64,000 bases of DNA from Candidatus Woesebacteria bacterium RIFCSPHIGHO2_01_FULL_38_10. Lineage in GTDB: Bacteria; Patescibacteriota; Microgenomatia; UBA8517. Numbering within the stretch: the first letter of the stretch is position 1; every line of letters begins with the position of its first letter. The stretch covers positions 2,527-66,526 of the forward strand of contig MGGC01000033.1 in NCBI GenBank assembly GCA_001792215.1, in the 5' to 3' direction. Position numbers and translations under genes: made by a program. The notes below the pieces were generated by a model. That model did not search any database and had not been told where the DNA came from. It was given only the letters and a program-made list of their open reading frames with translations. Positions 1 through 10,658 of this stretch are shown here, in pieces.

Positions 1-216
1 CTCTTTTCCCGAGAGATATAATGGCACCAATACCAAGTTCTGGGGCGTAACGAACTCCTATTTCTCCATCTCCGCCCACACGTACAACTTGGTCGGTATC
101 ACCGAATTTTTTTTCCCCTCCTGACTCGAATACTACTCTCACTTTAGTTCCTGGCTGTAAATTTTTTGTTTCCTCACCAACCGTAAGAATTGTAAACTCC
201 TTACCACCTCGTCCCA
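1..216 (-). CDS. Hypothetical protein, N-terminal part only; the ORF runs off the window start.
   Basis: Minus-strand ATG at 216..214. Open frame to position 1 translating MGRGGKEFTILTVGEETKNLQPGTKVRVVFESGGEKKFGD... No recognisable family. Confidence 0.3.
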
Positions 217-300
217 TAAATCTAGCCTGAAGTATACTCCACCTAAATTTAATTAACAAGACGTAAATTCAAAACTCACTCTACCAATACTTGTTGATCA

Positions 301-507
301 CTACGAAGATTGACCTTGTTTATCAACTTTTACACCCACTCCCTCCCAGGGTTTTACTAAAATTCGTCTCATAAAACCTCCTCTCGGATTCGGAGACACT
401 CCTAAGTCCATCTTTAACAAACCATCATCACTCACCTGTACCTTTGCTATCACTTTTCCACCATCAACTCTAACTCTTACTGTTCCACTCCATTTTCTCT
501 CAGTCAT
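301..507 (-). CDS. Small hypothetical protein (68 aa).
   Basis: ORF-track entry. Same strand as, and directly upstream of, the partial ORF at 1..216. No motif recognised. Confidence 0.3.
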   Translation of the reverse strand: MTERKWSGTVRVRVDGGKVIAKVQVSDDGLLKMDLGVSPNPRGGFMRRILVKPWEGVGVKVDKQGQSS

Positions 508-826
508 ATTTTCAAATTCTTCTGAATTCTAGCGAAAATTCCCAACTCTGTAAATTAAACCAAACCACTTCGGAAGTGGAAAAACAAAAGGTAGAAAAAT
601 TTCACTTTCGTCCCACTTTCCCTATAAAACCTCCAGTTCCCACCTTCAAACCCAATCGGGTCATAGTTCCCCTTGCTCTCACTGCTTTACGACCCCACGC
701 TAAGCAAACTTCAGCATCCCGACAGCCTCCTGTAATAAATTCCATAGCAACTTCCTCATTACTTCCTTTTAGACTACAACACACAGTGTGGATTCATACA
801 GTATCTTTCCCCTGCATCCTCTATGC

Positions 827-2056
827 TCATTTCTTTATCACATCCTTTCCCATCCATTTACGTAAAACTTCAGGAATGGTAACCGACCCGTCTTCTTGCT
901 GATAATTTTCTAAAATCGCTAAGATCGGACGCTGTGAAAATGCAGTACCATTTAACATATGAACAAACTTTCTTTCACCTCTATCCTCATATTTAATGTG
1001 CAACCTTCTCGCTTGAAAATCAGTGGTAGTAGAAGTTGAAGTCAATTCCCGATATTTTCCCTCCCCCGGAAACCATCCTTCAAGGTCATATTTCCGAGCC
1101 ATAGGAAATCCTAAATCACCCGAACACATCTTACTTACTTGATAAGGAATACCTAATTTTCGCAAGAACTTTTCCTCGAGCGAAAGCAAGTATTCATGCT
1201 CTCGATCCGACTCGTCTTCAGTTGTAAAAGAAAACATTTCAGTCTTATTAAACTGATGCACTCGAAAAGCACCTTTTGTGTCTTTCCCATATGAACCCGC
1301 TTCACGCCGGAAACAAGTTGAATAACCAATATATCTTTTAGGAAGTTCATCTTTTTTTAAAACTTCAACTGAATGAAGCGGTCCGATTGACTGCTCACTA
1401 GTTCCCACCAAAACAAGGTTATCTTTATCTAAAACATACATCTCATCTATTCCGCCATGTTCTATATAACCCATTGACTTCATCGAACCTTCTTTTATAA
1501 TCACTGGAGGAATTATTGGAGTAAATCCTTCTTTAATTAATTCGGCAAATGCAAATTGGGTTAATGCAAACTCAAGTAACACTCCATCTCCTTTTAGATA
1601 AAAAAACCGAGTACCAGAAACTACCGAACCAGAATCTGTGTCAATGATTCCTAAGCTTTCACCCAATACCCAATGAGGCTTTGGGTCAAAATTAAATTTT
1701 CTTGGTTCACCCCATTTTCTAATAACTTCATTTTCGGATTCATCTTTGCCGACTTTTACATCATCAGAAGGTAAGTTTGGAATTTGATAAAGTGCTTCCG
1801 TAAACTGATCTTCAACTTTTATTCTTTTATGTTCGAGTTTTTTTAATACTTCTCTGATTCTTTTTCCTTCCTCGATATTTTTATCCTTAGCGAATTTATT
1901 TTTATCAACCCGAAGTTCTCCAATTTCTTTTAATAAAGTACGCCTTATTTCATCAAGTTCCAAAACTTTATCAACAATTTTTGGATCCAACTGCTTATCC
2001 GCCACTCTCTTTTTAACTTTATCTTTATTTTCGCGAATAAACTGAATGTCTAACAT
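827..2056 (-). CDS. serS: Seryl-tRNA synthetase.
   Basis: 409 aa. N-terminal coiled-coil tRNA-binding arm (MLDIQFIRENKDKVKK...) and a class II catalytic core (FRREAGSYGKDTKGAFRVHQFNKTEMF, GTAFSQRPILAILENYQ). Confidence 0.93.
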   Translation of the reverse strand: MLDIQFIRENKDKVKKRVADKQLDPKIVDKVLELDEIRRTLLKEIGELRVDKNKFAKDKNIEEGKRIREVLKKLEHKRIKVEDQFTEALYQIPNLPSDDVKVGKDESENEVIRKWGEPRKFNFDPKPHWVLGESLGIIDTDSGSVVSGTRFFYLKGDGVLLEFALTQFAFAELIKEGFTPIIPPVIIKEGSMKSMGYIEHGGIDEMYVLDKDNLVLVGTSEQSIGPLHSVEVLKKDELPKRYIGYSTCFRREAGSYGKDTKGAFRVHQFNKTEMFSFTTEDESDREHEYLLSLEEKFLRKLGIPYQVSKMCSGDLGFPMARKYDLEGWFPGEGKYRELTSTSTTTDFQARRLHIKYEDRGERKFVHMLNGTAFSQRPILAILENYQQEDGSVTIPEVLRKWMGKDVIKK

Positions 2057-2105
2057 ATCTTTGATGATAAGAAACTTATAAGACTTATCACTTTAAACCT
2101 TTTTA

Positions 2106-2693
2106 CTATAATCCTAACTCTTCTGATATTCCCTGCAAAGCAGAAAGTGCAATTTCGATAAATTCCCTCAAAGGAATTCCTAATCGAGGTGTACATTTCT
2201 CGATCTGCTTTCTATCAACGCCCGCGGCAAATGACGGAGAGTTCCATTTTTTCAATACAGAGTCCGTAGTAACCGAGGCAAGCTTTTTGTCTGGTTTAAC
2301 CAGGGTAACTGCAACAATTAAACCAGTCAGCTCATCACAACAATAAAGCGCCCATCCCATTTTTTCTCTCGGTTCTGGTACCCCCTCAACATAACCCCAA
2401 GCATGAGAAATGATAGCTTCTTTTATATCTGATTCCGCATCAATTTTCTCCAGCCATTTAATAACTTCTTTTGTGTGTTTATTTTTGGGGTCGTCCTTGG
2501 TTTCTTCATAATCTGCATCATGTAAAAGCCCGACAATCCTCCACTTCTCCTCATCATCAGCAAATCTTTTGGCTAAGGAACCCATCACAGCTTCAACAGC
2601 GTAACAGTGACGCCTCAGATTCTCATTCTTCATATGCTTATGAAGAAGTTCTAGTGCCTGATCTCTTTTCATAAATACCTCACCGCCTTTCAA
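2106..2693 (-). CDS. HD-domain phosphohydrolase.
   Basis: 195 aa with an H..HD metal-binding signature (RRHCYAVEAV ... VGLLHDADYEE). Confidence 0.65.
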   Translation of the reverse strand: MKGGEVFMKRDQALELLHKHMKNENLRRHCYAVEAVMGSLAKRFADDEEKWRIVGLLHDADYEETKDDPKNKHTKEVIKWLEKIDAESDIKEAIISHAWGYVEGVPEPREKMGWALYCCDELTGLIVAVTLVKPDKKLASVTTDSVLKKWNSPSFAAGVDRKQIEKCTPRLGIPLREFIEIALSALQGISEELGL

Positions 2694-2950
2694 AATGAAT
2701 GTCCTGTGTAATAATCATTTCCTTCATTCATATAGCTTCTGGTAACTAAAACAACCCCTTCGAATAGTTTCGTCGTTTGGCGAACCTTCAAGCCAGATAT
2801 TTCCTAAATATTTACAGATATACCTATTATTTTTGGCTAGTTTATTTAAAAAAAGTAAGGCCAAAACGGCAAATATCATAAAAAATGGTATCACCAGTAC
2901 AAAATAAATTAAATCGAAATTATTTTTTTGACTTTTCTTTTTTTTCTTTC

Positions 2951-4408
2951 TTAGCATTTTTTGCGCCGCAAAGTTGGGAAAAGAATAACTTCTTTTATCG
3001 ACCAGCTGTTTGTAAAAAACATTACTAATCTATCAATTCCTATCCCAACTCCTCCAAGTGGTGGCATTCCATACTCCATTGCCTCAATAAAATCCTCATC
3101 AACCTGTTGTGCTTCTTCTCTGTCCTTCCTGACAATCTTCACATCAGTTTCGAATCGTGCTCTTTGCTCCATCGGGTCGGTAAGCTCACTCCAACCATCG
3201 CAAATTTCCTTTCCTCCAATGTAACCTTCAAAACGCTCAACCCAGCCTTCTTTATCGCTACGATCTTTAGATAAGGGACTTACATCCTTCGGATAACCAA
3301 TAATCCATGTTGGATCAATAAGTTTATTCGTAACCTCATGTTCAAAAATTAGATAGATCAGCTGTCCCTTAGTCTCACCGCCGACAATTTCTATACGCTT
3401 TTCACGGCAATAATTCTCTAAAGCTTTTTCAGTCTCTGTGAGAACATCCAGACCGAGGTTAATTTTAATAGCACTAACCATCTCAATTCTTGGCCAACTT
3501 TTTCCAATATTTATTTTTCTACCTCCAACCGTCATTTTCAATTCACCGAAAATTTCTTTAGCCAAATGTTTAAACAATCCCTCAGTCACATCCATAATCC
3601 GCTGGTAGTCAGCATACGACTCATAATACTCAACCATCGTAAACTCGGGATTGTGAGACTGATCAATACCTTCATTTCTGAAATCTTTGCAAATTTCGTA
3701 AACTTTTTCGTAACCGCCAATTACTAGGCGTTTTAAGTAAAGCTCATCGGCAATCCTCAGGTAAAAATCGCTGTCGAGTGCGTTGTGGTAAGTAGTAAAA
3801 GGTTTTGCGTTAGCTCCGCCGTAAAGAGGTTGCAACGTGGGAGTTTCAACTTCCCAAAAACCTAAACCGTCCAGATATCTGCGAAGCTCGCGTACCAGCC
3901 TTGTTCTGACATTAAATCTCTCTCTGACCTCGGGATTAAACAAAAGATCCAAATATCTTTTCCTGTACCTATCCTCAATATCTTTCAACCCGTACCAACT
4001 TGAAGGAAGGGGACGAATGGATTTTGTGAGAAGTTGGAAGTCGGAAACGTCAACTGTAATTTCCCCTGCGGAAGTTTTGGTTACTTTTCCTTTTGCATAC
4101 AAAAAATCACCAATGTCTAAATATTTAAGAAATTTGAAATCTTCTATCAAATTATCTTTCTGAAACCAAAGCTGAATTTGACCCGTTTCATCCTTTAAAT
4201 CAGCAAAAACAACATTCCCGTGTTCCCTCCAACCAATTATTCTCCCAGCAACCTCAACAGTCTTTCCTTTAAAACTCCTCGCTTTTCCAATCGCTTTCGG
4301 TTCTCCTTTAACTTTAGAGGGGTAGGGATTAATTCCTAACTCACGCAGTTTCTCAACTTTCTGAAGTCTAATTTTTCTAATTTCCTGAAGTTTATTCTTT
4401 GCCATCAT
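2951..4408 (-). CDS. lysS: Lysyl-tRNA synthetase, class II.
   Basis: 485 aa. OB-fold N-domain followed by class II motifs (FRNEGIDQSHNPEFTMVEYY, GGVGIGIDRLVMFFTNSWSIKEVILFP). Confidence 0.93.
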   Translation of the reverse strand: MMAKNKLQEIRKIRLQKVEKLRELGINPYPSKVKGEPKAIGKARSFKGKTVEVAGRIIGWREHGNVVFADLKDETGQIQLWFQKDNLIEDFKFLKYLDIGDFLYAKGKVTKTSAGEITVDVSDFQLLTKSIRPLPSSWYGLKDIEDRYRKRYLDLLFNPEVRERFNVRTRLVRELRRYLDGLGFWEVETPTLQPLYGGANAKPFTTYHNALDSDFYLRIADELYLKRLVIGGYEKVYEICKDFRNEGIDQSHNPEFTMVEYYESYADYQRIMDVTEGLFKHLAKEIFGELKMTVGGRKINIGKSWPRIEMVSAIKINLGLDVLTETEKALENYCREKRIEIVGGETKGQLIYLIFEHEVTNKLIDPTWIIGYPKDVSPLSKDRSDKEGWVERFEGYIGGKEICDGWSELTDPMEQRARFETDVKIVRKDREEAQQVDEDFIEAMEYGMPPLGGVGIGIDRLVMFFTNSWSIKEVILFPTLRRKKC

Positions 4409-4467
4409 TTTGTTTGGCTTAAGTTTAACAAACTCGAAGCGAACAGTAAATTAGACCGCTCTTAAAT

Positions 4468-4923
4468 TCATCCAATCGAGACTATTTCGTAGATTATTTT
4501 TCCAGCAGGAGCTTCAACTTCAACCTTTTCTCCAATCTTTTTACCAATTAACGCCTTTCCCAAAGGAGAAGTGTGGGATATTTTTTTTCCGGCTGGATCC
4601 GCTTCCCATTCGCCAACGATATAAAAAACATGTTCCTTCCTACCAGTCCTCAGGGTAACTTTGGTTCCCACAGAAACAGCATTTTTACTGGAACTGGCAA
4701 CAACTTGGGCATTTCTAAACACGTACTCGATCTCAGATATCCTTCCGTCAAGAAACTCTAGATCGTTCTTTGCACTATGATAATCACTATTTTCAGTAAG
4801 ATCTCCCTGAGTCCTCGCATCAGAAAGCCTCTCCACAAGTTCCGGCCTTTTAACATTTTTTAACTCCTCAAGTTCTTTCTTTAATTCTTCTAAACCTTCT
4901 TTTGTTATTTGTATTTTTTTCAT
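4468..4923 (-). CDS. greA: Transcription elongation factor GreA.
   Basis: 151 aa with an N-terminal coiled-coil (ITKEGLEELKKELEELK ... DLTENSDYHSAK) and a C-terminal FKBP-like domain. Confidence 0.9.
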   Translation of the reverse strand: MKKIQITKEGLEELKKELEELKNVKRPELVERLSDARTQGDLTENSDYHSAKNDLEFLDGRISEIEYVFRNAQVVASSSKNAVSVGTKVTLRTGRKEHVFYIVGEWEADPAGKKISHTSPLGKALIGKKIGEKVEVEAPAGKIIYEIVSIG

Positions 4924-5263
4924 ATTTTTATTCTGAATTCTGCACCTTGGTTAAGGAAAAATCAGTTATCAGTCTACAATGTTAATATTACCAAAACTAA
5001 AAAAACTCCCTCAATCATGGGAAAGTGATTTAACTTAACCTCCCCACGAGCTTACCCAACCTTGATATCTTGGGTAAAAAAAGAAAATGAGGGAGTAAAT
5101 GACATATTTTTTAATTTGATTTAAAAGGATTTTAGAGACTTTGTAATAAAATGTCAATACAGACTAATATCATCTTTGGACGCCCTTAAACCAAGGTTCC
5201 TACAAGGATTGTAAAATAGCAGCACTATAAGCTAAAATATACCAATCTTTTTTGAATTTACCA

Positions 5264-5336
5264 GGCGCTGTAGTCTAGAGGCTTAGGACATTGGGTTCTC
5301 ATCCCAAAAACCCGGGTTCAAATCCCGGCAGCGTCA
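5264..5336 (+). tRNA. tRNA-Glu, anticodon CTC.
   Basis: Folds manually as a cloverleaf. Acceptor GGCGCTG/CAGCGTC with one G-T wobble, D stem GTCT/GGAC, anticodon stem TTGGG/CCCAA with loop TTCTCAT (anticodon CTC), T arm CCGGG-TTCAAAT-CCCGG, discriminator A. The CCA end is not encoded. Confidence 0.8.
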
Positions 5337-5399
5337 CCCAAGGCTAAATTTTCCAACTTTACAATTTTTCTATCAAATCCGAGGCTAGAAAAGTTCGAA

Positions 5400-5822
5400 T
5401 CAATTTTGGGTGTTATCGGTTTTCTTTACAGCTTTCTTGGAAATAACCCAATAGGTTGTAGATCCTGCACCCATTTTTTCTAAAACTTTTATATCCTCTA
5501 GTCTCTTTAATTTTGCCTGTGCTGTACGCTTAGGTACTTCCAGGATATCGGTAACATCTGAACTTGTGATTTACCCCTTTGTTACCACAAAATCCACAAT
5601 TTTTAACTCATCTTGATCTAAAACATTTCTGACTGCATGCAGGTCGCCTACAACTGACAAGTGCCTTCCACCCTTGGGGTGGAATAGGTATGCCACCTCA
5701 GGGTAATATTGCATATGCCATCTGAATATGTCACCTGTTAGGTCAACTAGTCCTGTCCGGTAAAATGGGTGTACATATAAATTCATTAATAACACTAGTT
5801 CATTTAAACAAAACAGTTTCAA
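5400..5822 (-). pseudogene. Decayed gene: an 83-aa ORF, then an in-frame TAA, then a winged-helix segment of the kind found at the C-terminus of Fic/DOC-type proteins.
   Basis: ORF 5571..5822 ends VVTKG*. The same frame continues as ITSSDVTDILEVPKRTAQAKLKRLEDIKVLEKMGAGSTTYWVISKK... to a TGA near 5400. It also overlaps the upstream 5800..6753 ORF in another frame. No canonical Fic motif (HPFx[DE]GNGR) is present. Confidence 0.35.
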
Positions 5823-6753
5823 ATTCCTTCAGACTCTTCTTCTTTAAAAAATTTGCAATCTTGACCGGCTCTGAAGAATAACCTAATTTCTCAACCAACC
5901 CTCTTAAGTTTAACTCTTTTCCAAACATCAGACCCATTTTCTTAAAACTCCCTTTTTCATTCCTCTGCCTTTGCCTTTCCCTTGCACAATTAAATACATC
6001 TCTAACTGATAATCCGTAAAAAAGAAAGGGGACAAGAATAATATTATCCAAATTAATATTCTCAAAACTCAGTACATTTTTTACTATTCTTCCTATTCCC
6101 TCTCCCCATTTATTTGTAATTTGGGAACCTGCTCCAGGAAAAATAACCACCACTTCACCATTCACAAGTTTATGAGCAGCTTTTTTAAGACTTCCTTGAT
6201 TGAGTCTGATTATATCTTTTTCAGACAGATTTTCACTTCTGTACAGGGCATTTACAGGGCTGAATAAATCCCTCAAACCTCTAATTGGACTGTCAACTGC
6301 ATATCTTTTTGGCATTATCGGAATAAAATTTTTCTTAAAATTTTTACCAAAATGATAGGCTGTTTTGATAACAATCACACTAACGTCACTTCTTTGAAGG
6401 ATGGACGGAATAATAAAAGGTTCAATAGTAAACTCATGACTTCCAAATAGTAAGACACCTTTCTTTTTACTCTTAATCCAAGTTTCCTCTTTTCCTTCTC
6501 TGTCAATATTTATCCCAATGTTGTCTAAAAAAAATTTAGATGCGTTTTGTAAGCCGTAAGATTCAATGTCCTTGTCCATCTGGAAAAATTTTTCCAATAA
6601 GGGGTAAATTCCGTAAAATCTAGAATCCAGATGATAAACTAGATTAATGAGCGTATTTTTACTTCTCAGATCATCCCAGCTATCTAGTGCCTTAGAAAGA
6701 CCTCCCTCTTTTAGAGATTTATGTATTTCACCAATAAAATTCATTATTTTCAT
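5800..6753 (-). CDS. Hypothetical protein with weak acyltransferase-like motifs (FGSHEFTIEP, VVVIFPGAGSQ).
   Basis: 317 aa ORF. It resembles the PlsC-type H(x4)D and FPEGTR motifs only loosely, and the catalytic Asp is replaced. Confidence 0.35.
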   Translation of the reverse strand: MKIMNFIGEIHKSLKEGGLSKALDSWDDLRSKNTLINLVYHLDSRFYGIYPLLEKFFQMDKDIESYGLQNASKFFLDNIGINIDREGKEETWIKSKKKGVLLFGSHEFTIEPFIIPSILQRSDVSVIVIKTAYHFGKNFKKNFIPIMPKRYAVDSPIRGLRDLFSPVNALYRSENLSEKDIIRLNQGSLKKAAHKLVNGEVVVIFPGAGSQITNKWGEGIGRIVKNVLSFENINLDNIILVPFLFYGLSVRDVFNCARERQRQRNEKGSFKKMGLMFGKELNLRGLVEKLGYSSEPVKIANFLKKKSLKEFETVLFK

Positions 6754-6823
6754 TTCAGTCTAATCGATTTTAACAAATTTTCCTCCCAGATTTTAACTGA
6801 AAACATATAGTGAAGTTTTTCTC

Positions 6824-9280
6824 TTAAGCCACTAAAAAAGGAGAACTCTGTCTAAATTTTACACTTTTTAAACTCCTGGAGCTAACAGGTTTTCTCTTAA
6901 GAACCACTTCCAAAACCTCATCATAATTACTAACAAAGACAAATCTTATATCTTTTTTAGTTTTTTCCGGCACTTCCTCTAGATCTTTTTTGTTGTCTCT
7001 GGGCAAAACGATTGTTTTTAGCCCGGCACGATGGGCGGCAATAACCTTTTCTTTTACCCCTCCTATCTCAAGAACTCTTCCTCTCAAGGTTATTTCCCCA
7101 GTCATGCCAACATCTCTTCTTGTCGGAACGCCAGTAAGTGCAGAAACCAAAGCTGTTGTTATCGCAATTCCTGCTGATGGGCCATCTTTCGGAACTGCTC
7201 CCTCCGGCACATGGATATGAACATCAATCTTTCTGCCAAAATTATTTTCCTGTCCCAATTCTCTCCAATGAGACTTTGCCCAGGTAAAGGCAGCCTTAGC
7301 TGATTCTTTCATCACACTACCTAATTGCCCAGTTAAGGTGAGCTTACCTTTACCAGGCATAAGAGCCACTTCGATAAAAAGAATCTCTCCTCCTGCTGCG
7401 GTAACCGAAAGCCCGGTTGCCATACCAATTTCATCCTTTTTTTCGGCAATTAGTGAAGAAAACTTCTGCGGTCCCAAAAACTTCCTAATTTCATCAACCC
7501 CAATCGACTCTTTCCATTTTTTCTTTTCAGCAACCAGTCTCGCAATTTTCCTACAAACTGTTGCCAAATTACGCTCCAAATTCCTTACTCCAGCTTCCCT
7601 TGTATATCTTTCAATTATCTCGTTGATTGCTTTCTCAGAAATTTTAAGTCCCCGGTTTTCAATACCATGAAGTTTGACTTGCTTGGGCCAGAGAAATTCC
7701 TTTGCTATATTGTATTTTTCCTCCTGAGTATATCCGGGAAAAGTAATTATCTCCATTCTGTCCCTTAAGGCTGGGGGTATTTCTTCTACTACATTCCCGG
7801 TACAAATAAACATCACTTGTGATAGATCAAACGCGACTTCTAAATAGTGGTCTGAAAATTCTCGATTTTGCTCTGGATCGAGAGCCTCAAGAAGAGCTGA
7901 TGATGGATCACCTCTAAAATCAACTCCCAATTTATCAATCTCGTCCAACATAAATACAGGATTTTTGGTTCCTGCGTTCTTTATACCTTGAATAATTCTT
8001 CCAGGAAGTGCTCCAACATAAGTACGTCTGTGGCCTCTTATCTCGGCTTCATCTCTTATTCCACCCAATGACATCCTGACAAACTTTCTTCCCAAGGCCC
8101 TTGCTATTGATTTTCCAATAGAAGTTTTACCAACTCCTGGAGGACCTATAAAACAAAGAATTGTCGACTGAGAATCTGACGTCTCCTTTTCCTTTTGGGT
8201 CTTTTGCCTTTTTTTACCCTTAGATTCACTTTTAACTTTCATAACTGCCAGGTATTCAATTATTCTTTCCTTCACCTTTTCCAAACCGAAATGATCATCT
8301 TCTAAAACTTTTGCGGCATTTTTGATTGAAACGTTATTGGGAGTAACTGCCCCCCAAGGCATTTCTGTTAGCCAATCTAGGTAATTTCTGATGTACCCGC
8401 CTTCAGGGTTGTGAGGAGAAAGTTGGCTTAACCTTTTCAACTCTTTATTGGCTTTTTCCAGCACTTCTTTAGGCATTTTTGACTCTTTTATCTTTCTTTT
8501 GTATTCCTTTAGCTCTTCATTAGATAAATCCCCTTCGTCAATCTCACCCAATTCTTCCTCAATAGTTTTCTTCTTTTCCCTAAGCATCGCCTTTCTCATC
8601 TGATCTTCAAACCTCCTTTGCGTCTTTGAGGAAATTGTCTTTTCAAGCTCAAGCACATTAATCTCATGAAGTAAATAGTGATGTACCCTAAGAAGCCTCT
8701 TTTTAATTGGAAGTGTCTCCAAAAGGTCTTGTTTTTTCCTTGTATCAACCTCTAAAATAGAAGCAATTTTATCAGCCAGTTCAGAGGCGCTAACTTTCCC
8801 CGAAACCAATCTCATTACAGTCATTATTTCTGCCTGTTTACCTAAGTTTATTGCCTTTTTAAACAGTTCCTCGATCTTGTTACTAAGAGCAGTTATTTCA
8901 GGAGATTCATTTTTCTCTTCTAAAATTTCTTCAACCTTTCCCAAAAGAAAATCTTCGTTTTCGACAAGATCTAAAAGTCTTATCCTAGATTTTCCCCGAA
9001 CTACTGCATGAATTTCACCCTCTGTTGACATCATCTGGGTAATCGTACCAATGGTTCCCACTTTATATAGGTCCTCAAAGCCGGGATTCGGAGTCCGGGC
9101 ATCTTTTTGTGTAAGTATCCCAACTATCTTATCTTCCTGGAAAGAAAAGTTTACCGCTGCTACACTTTTTTTTCTTCCAAAGGAAAGAACAGCGTCAGTG
9201 TGGGGAAATACGACTGAACCGCGAATTGCAACAATTGGAATTTTTCTAATATTATTTTGTTTATTTTCTTCCATTAACAA
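6824..9280 (-). CDS. lon: ATP-dependent Lon protease.
   Basis: 818 aa. N-terminal LON domain, AAA+ Walker A (GPPGVGKTSIGKSIARALGRKF), and a C-terminal Ser-Lys protease domain (PKDGPSAGIAITTALVSALTG). Confidence 0.95.
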   Translation of the reverse strand: MLMEENKQNNIRKIPIVAIRGSVVFPHTDAVLSFGRKKSVAAVNFSFQEDKIVGILTQKDARTPNPGFEDLYKVGTIGTITQMMSTEGEIHAVVRGKSRIRLLDLVENEDFLLGKVEEILEEKNESPEITALSNKIEELFKKAINLGKQAEIMTVMRLVSGKVSASELADKIASILEVDTRKKQDLLETLPIKKRLLRVHHYLLHEINVLELEKTISSKTQRRFEDQMRKAMLREKKKTIEEELGEIDEGDLSNEELKEYKRKIKESKMPKEVLEKANKELKRLSQLSPHNPEGGYIRNYLDWLTEMPWGAVTPNNVSIKNAAKVLEDDHFGLEKVKERIIEYLAVMKVKSESKGKKRQKTQKEKETSDSQSTILCFIGPPGVGKTSIGKSIARALGRKFVRMSLGGIRDEAEIRGHRRTYVGALPGRIIQGIKNAGTKNPVFMLDEIDKLGVDFRGDPSSALLEALDPEQNREFSDHYLEVAFDLSQVMFICTGNVVEEIPPALRDRMEIITFPGYTQEEKYNIAKEFLWPKQVKLHGIENRGLKISEKAINEIIERYTREAGVRNLERNLATVCRKIARLVAEKKKWKESIGVDEIRKFLGPQKFSSLIAEKKDEIGMATGLSVTAAGGEILFIEVALMPGKGKLTLTGQLGSVMKESAKAAFTWAKSHWRELGQENNFGRKIDVHIHVPEGAVPKDGPSAGIAITTALVSALTGVPTRRDVGMTGEITLRGRVLEIGGVKEKVIAAHRAGLKTIVLPRDNKKDLEEVPEKTKKDIRFVFVSNYDEVLEVVLKRKPVSSRSLKSVKFRQSSPFLVA

Positions 9281-9339
9281 CTTGCGATCAAAAAGCTAAC
9301 ATTAGCAGTCTAGTTCTTAAAGTGCTAATTGTCAAGTGT

Positions 9340-9834
9340 CTACTTTTTGAGAAGCTTAAACAGATGGAGCTTTTCTACACCAACTGCCGTTATTATTCCT
9401 AAGACAGCTCCACCTAAAATGTCTAAAAAATAGTGAACGTTTCCCAACATTCTTCCTGTTCCTACCAGAACAGCAAGGATTAGAAAATAGTTTCCAACTT
9501 TCTTATTGTGTAACCAAATACTGACAGCCAAACTAAATGCGACAGCTGCGTGGTTGGAAGGAAAAGAACCACCCGAAGGAGTTGTTAAAGTTAAAGGCAT
9601 TGCGCCATTTACTTCAAAGGGTCTGGGAGAGGGAAATAAACTTTTGATCATTGTTGAAAGTGTCCAGGCAATTAGCATGGCTAATATTGTATGCAGGACC
9701 TGTTCCTTTCTCATTCTGCCATCGATGACCCAAAGAATGATCAGTCCTGCAAACATAAACCAGATTAAAAAACTTGCTAAAAAGATGGTTATATTTGAAA
9801 AAAGAATTTGATTCATTTTAATCGTGTATGACAA
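9340..9834 (-). CDS. PAP2-family membrane phosphatase (BcrC/PgpB-like).
   Basis: 164 aa multi-TM protein carrying the PAP2 signature SFPSNHAA. Confidence 0.75.
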   Translation of the reverse strand: MSYTIKMNQILFSNITIFLASFLIWFMFAGLIILWVIDGRMRKEQVLHTILAMLIAWTLSTMIKSLFPSPRPFEVNGAMPLTLTTPSGGSFPSNHAAVAFSLAVSIWLHNKKVGNYFLILAVLVGTGRMLGNVHYFLDILGGAVLGIITAVGVEKLHLFKLLKK

Positions 9835-10540
9835 TTCGTGTTCCGGGATTTAAACTATCAGAACTAACCATCGACTTACCCTCAGGTAAAACTGGTCCTG
9901 TCCAAAAATAAAGCTCTTTGGCAATTTCAGTCGGTAGGTTGACACAACCATGGCTTCGAGGAGTTCCAAAATTGCTATGCCAATAAGTTCCATGTAGTCC
10001 ATAACCCCGCCAGCCTGGAATATCTTCATTCTCAAAATACATTACATAAGGTACGTTGGGAAGATTGTAATAATTATTCCCAGATCCTCCCTCCATTCTT
10101 GTTGCTCTCAATTTAATCCAAATTCTAAACTCTCCAGCCGGTGTTTTCCACCAAGGAAGACCTGTTGAAACTAAACTTTGCAAAAAAAGTTTATCACCTT
10201 CCCAGGCATAGAGTTTTTGGTCAGAAAGGTCAACCTCAATCCAGCGCTCTTCGTTTGCAACTCCTAAAATGTCTATATTTTCATTATCGAAAGCAAGTTT
10301 GGGGATCGGAATCTGTCGACCTTCAAAATATGCTAGGGTCTTTGAATAATCAACCTCACCTGAAAAGTTGAAACAGTTACAACCAAAGCTAACAGCTTCG
10401 CCGTAGGTACCAACCCTGTCCACACTGAAAAGTGTAAAAATAAAAATAAAAATGGACGCGAGACAAAGGTATGATAAAAATATTTTCTCCTTTAAATCTT
10501 CAAGCATAGTATTTACGTGTAACATCAGTTTCAGCAACAA
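9818..10540 (-). CDS. L,D-transpeptidase (YkuD-type catalytic domain).
   Basis: N-terminal TM segment and the catalytic motif HGTYWHSNFGTPRSHGCVNL. Confidence 0.8.
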   Translation of the reverse strand: MLLKLMLHVNTMLEDLKEKIFLSYLCLASIFIFIFTLFSVDRVGTYGEAVSFGCNCFNFSGEVDYSKTLAYFEGRQIPIPKLAFDNENIDILGVANEERWIEVDLSDQKLYAWEGDKLFLQSLVSTGLPWWKTPAGEFRIWIKLRATRMEGGSGNNYYNLPNVPYVMYFENEDIPGWRGYGLHGTYWHSNFGTPRSHGCVNLPTEIAKELYFWTGPVLPEGKSMVSSDSLNPGTRIVIHD

Positions 10541-10658
10541 TATCTGAAAGACCAGTTACATTTTAAAAAAAGATATACTTAAACACTCACTCTACAGTAC
10601 AGTTGATACTCCCGGTACTTTTTTAATTATAACTCACCCTGTTATACTTAAGTCCAGT

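Noticed and set aside
576-902. 108-aa plus-strand ORF.
   Set aside because: It overlaps the 3' end of serS on the opposite strand, has a low-complexity Pro/Thr-rich translation and no start context. It is probably spurious. The same applies to the many 60-110-aa antisense ORFs listed inside lon, lysS, Res, Mod and other genes.
5571-5822. HPFYRTG in the 83-aa ORF looked like a Fic motif.
   Set aside because: The canonical Fic core HPFx[DE]GNGRxxR is not present in any frame. Only the downstream wHTH resembles Fic/DOC architecture.
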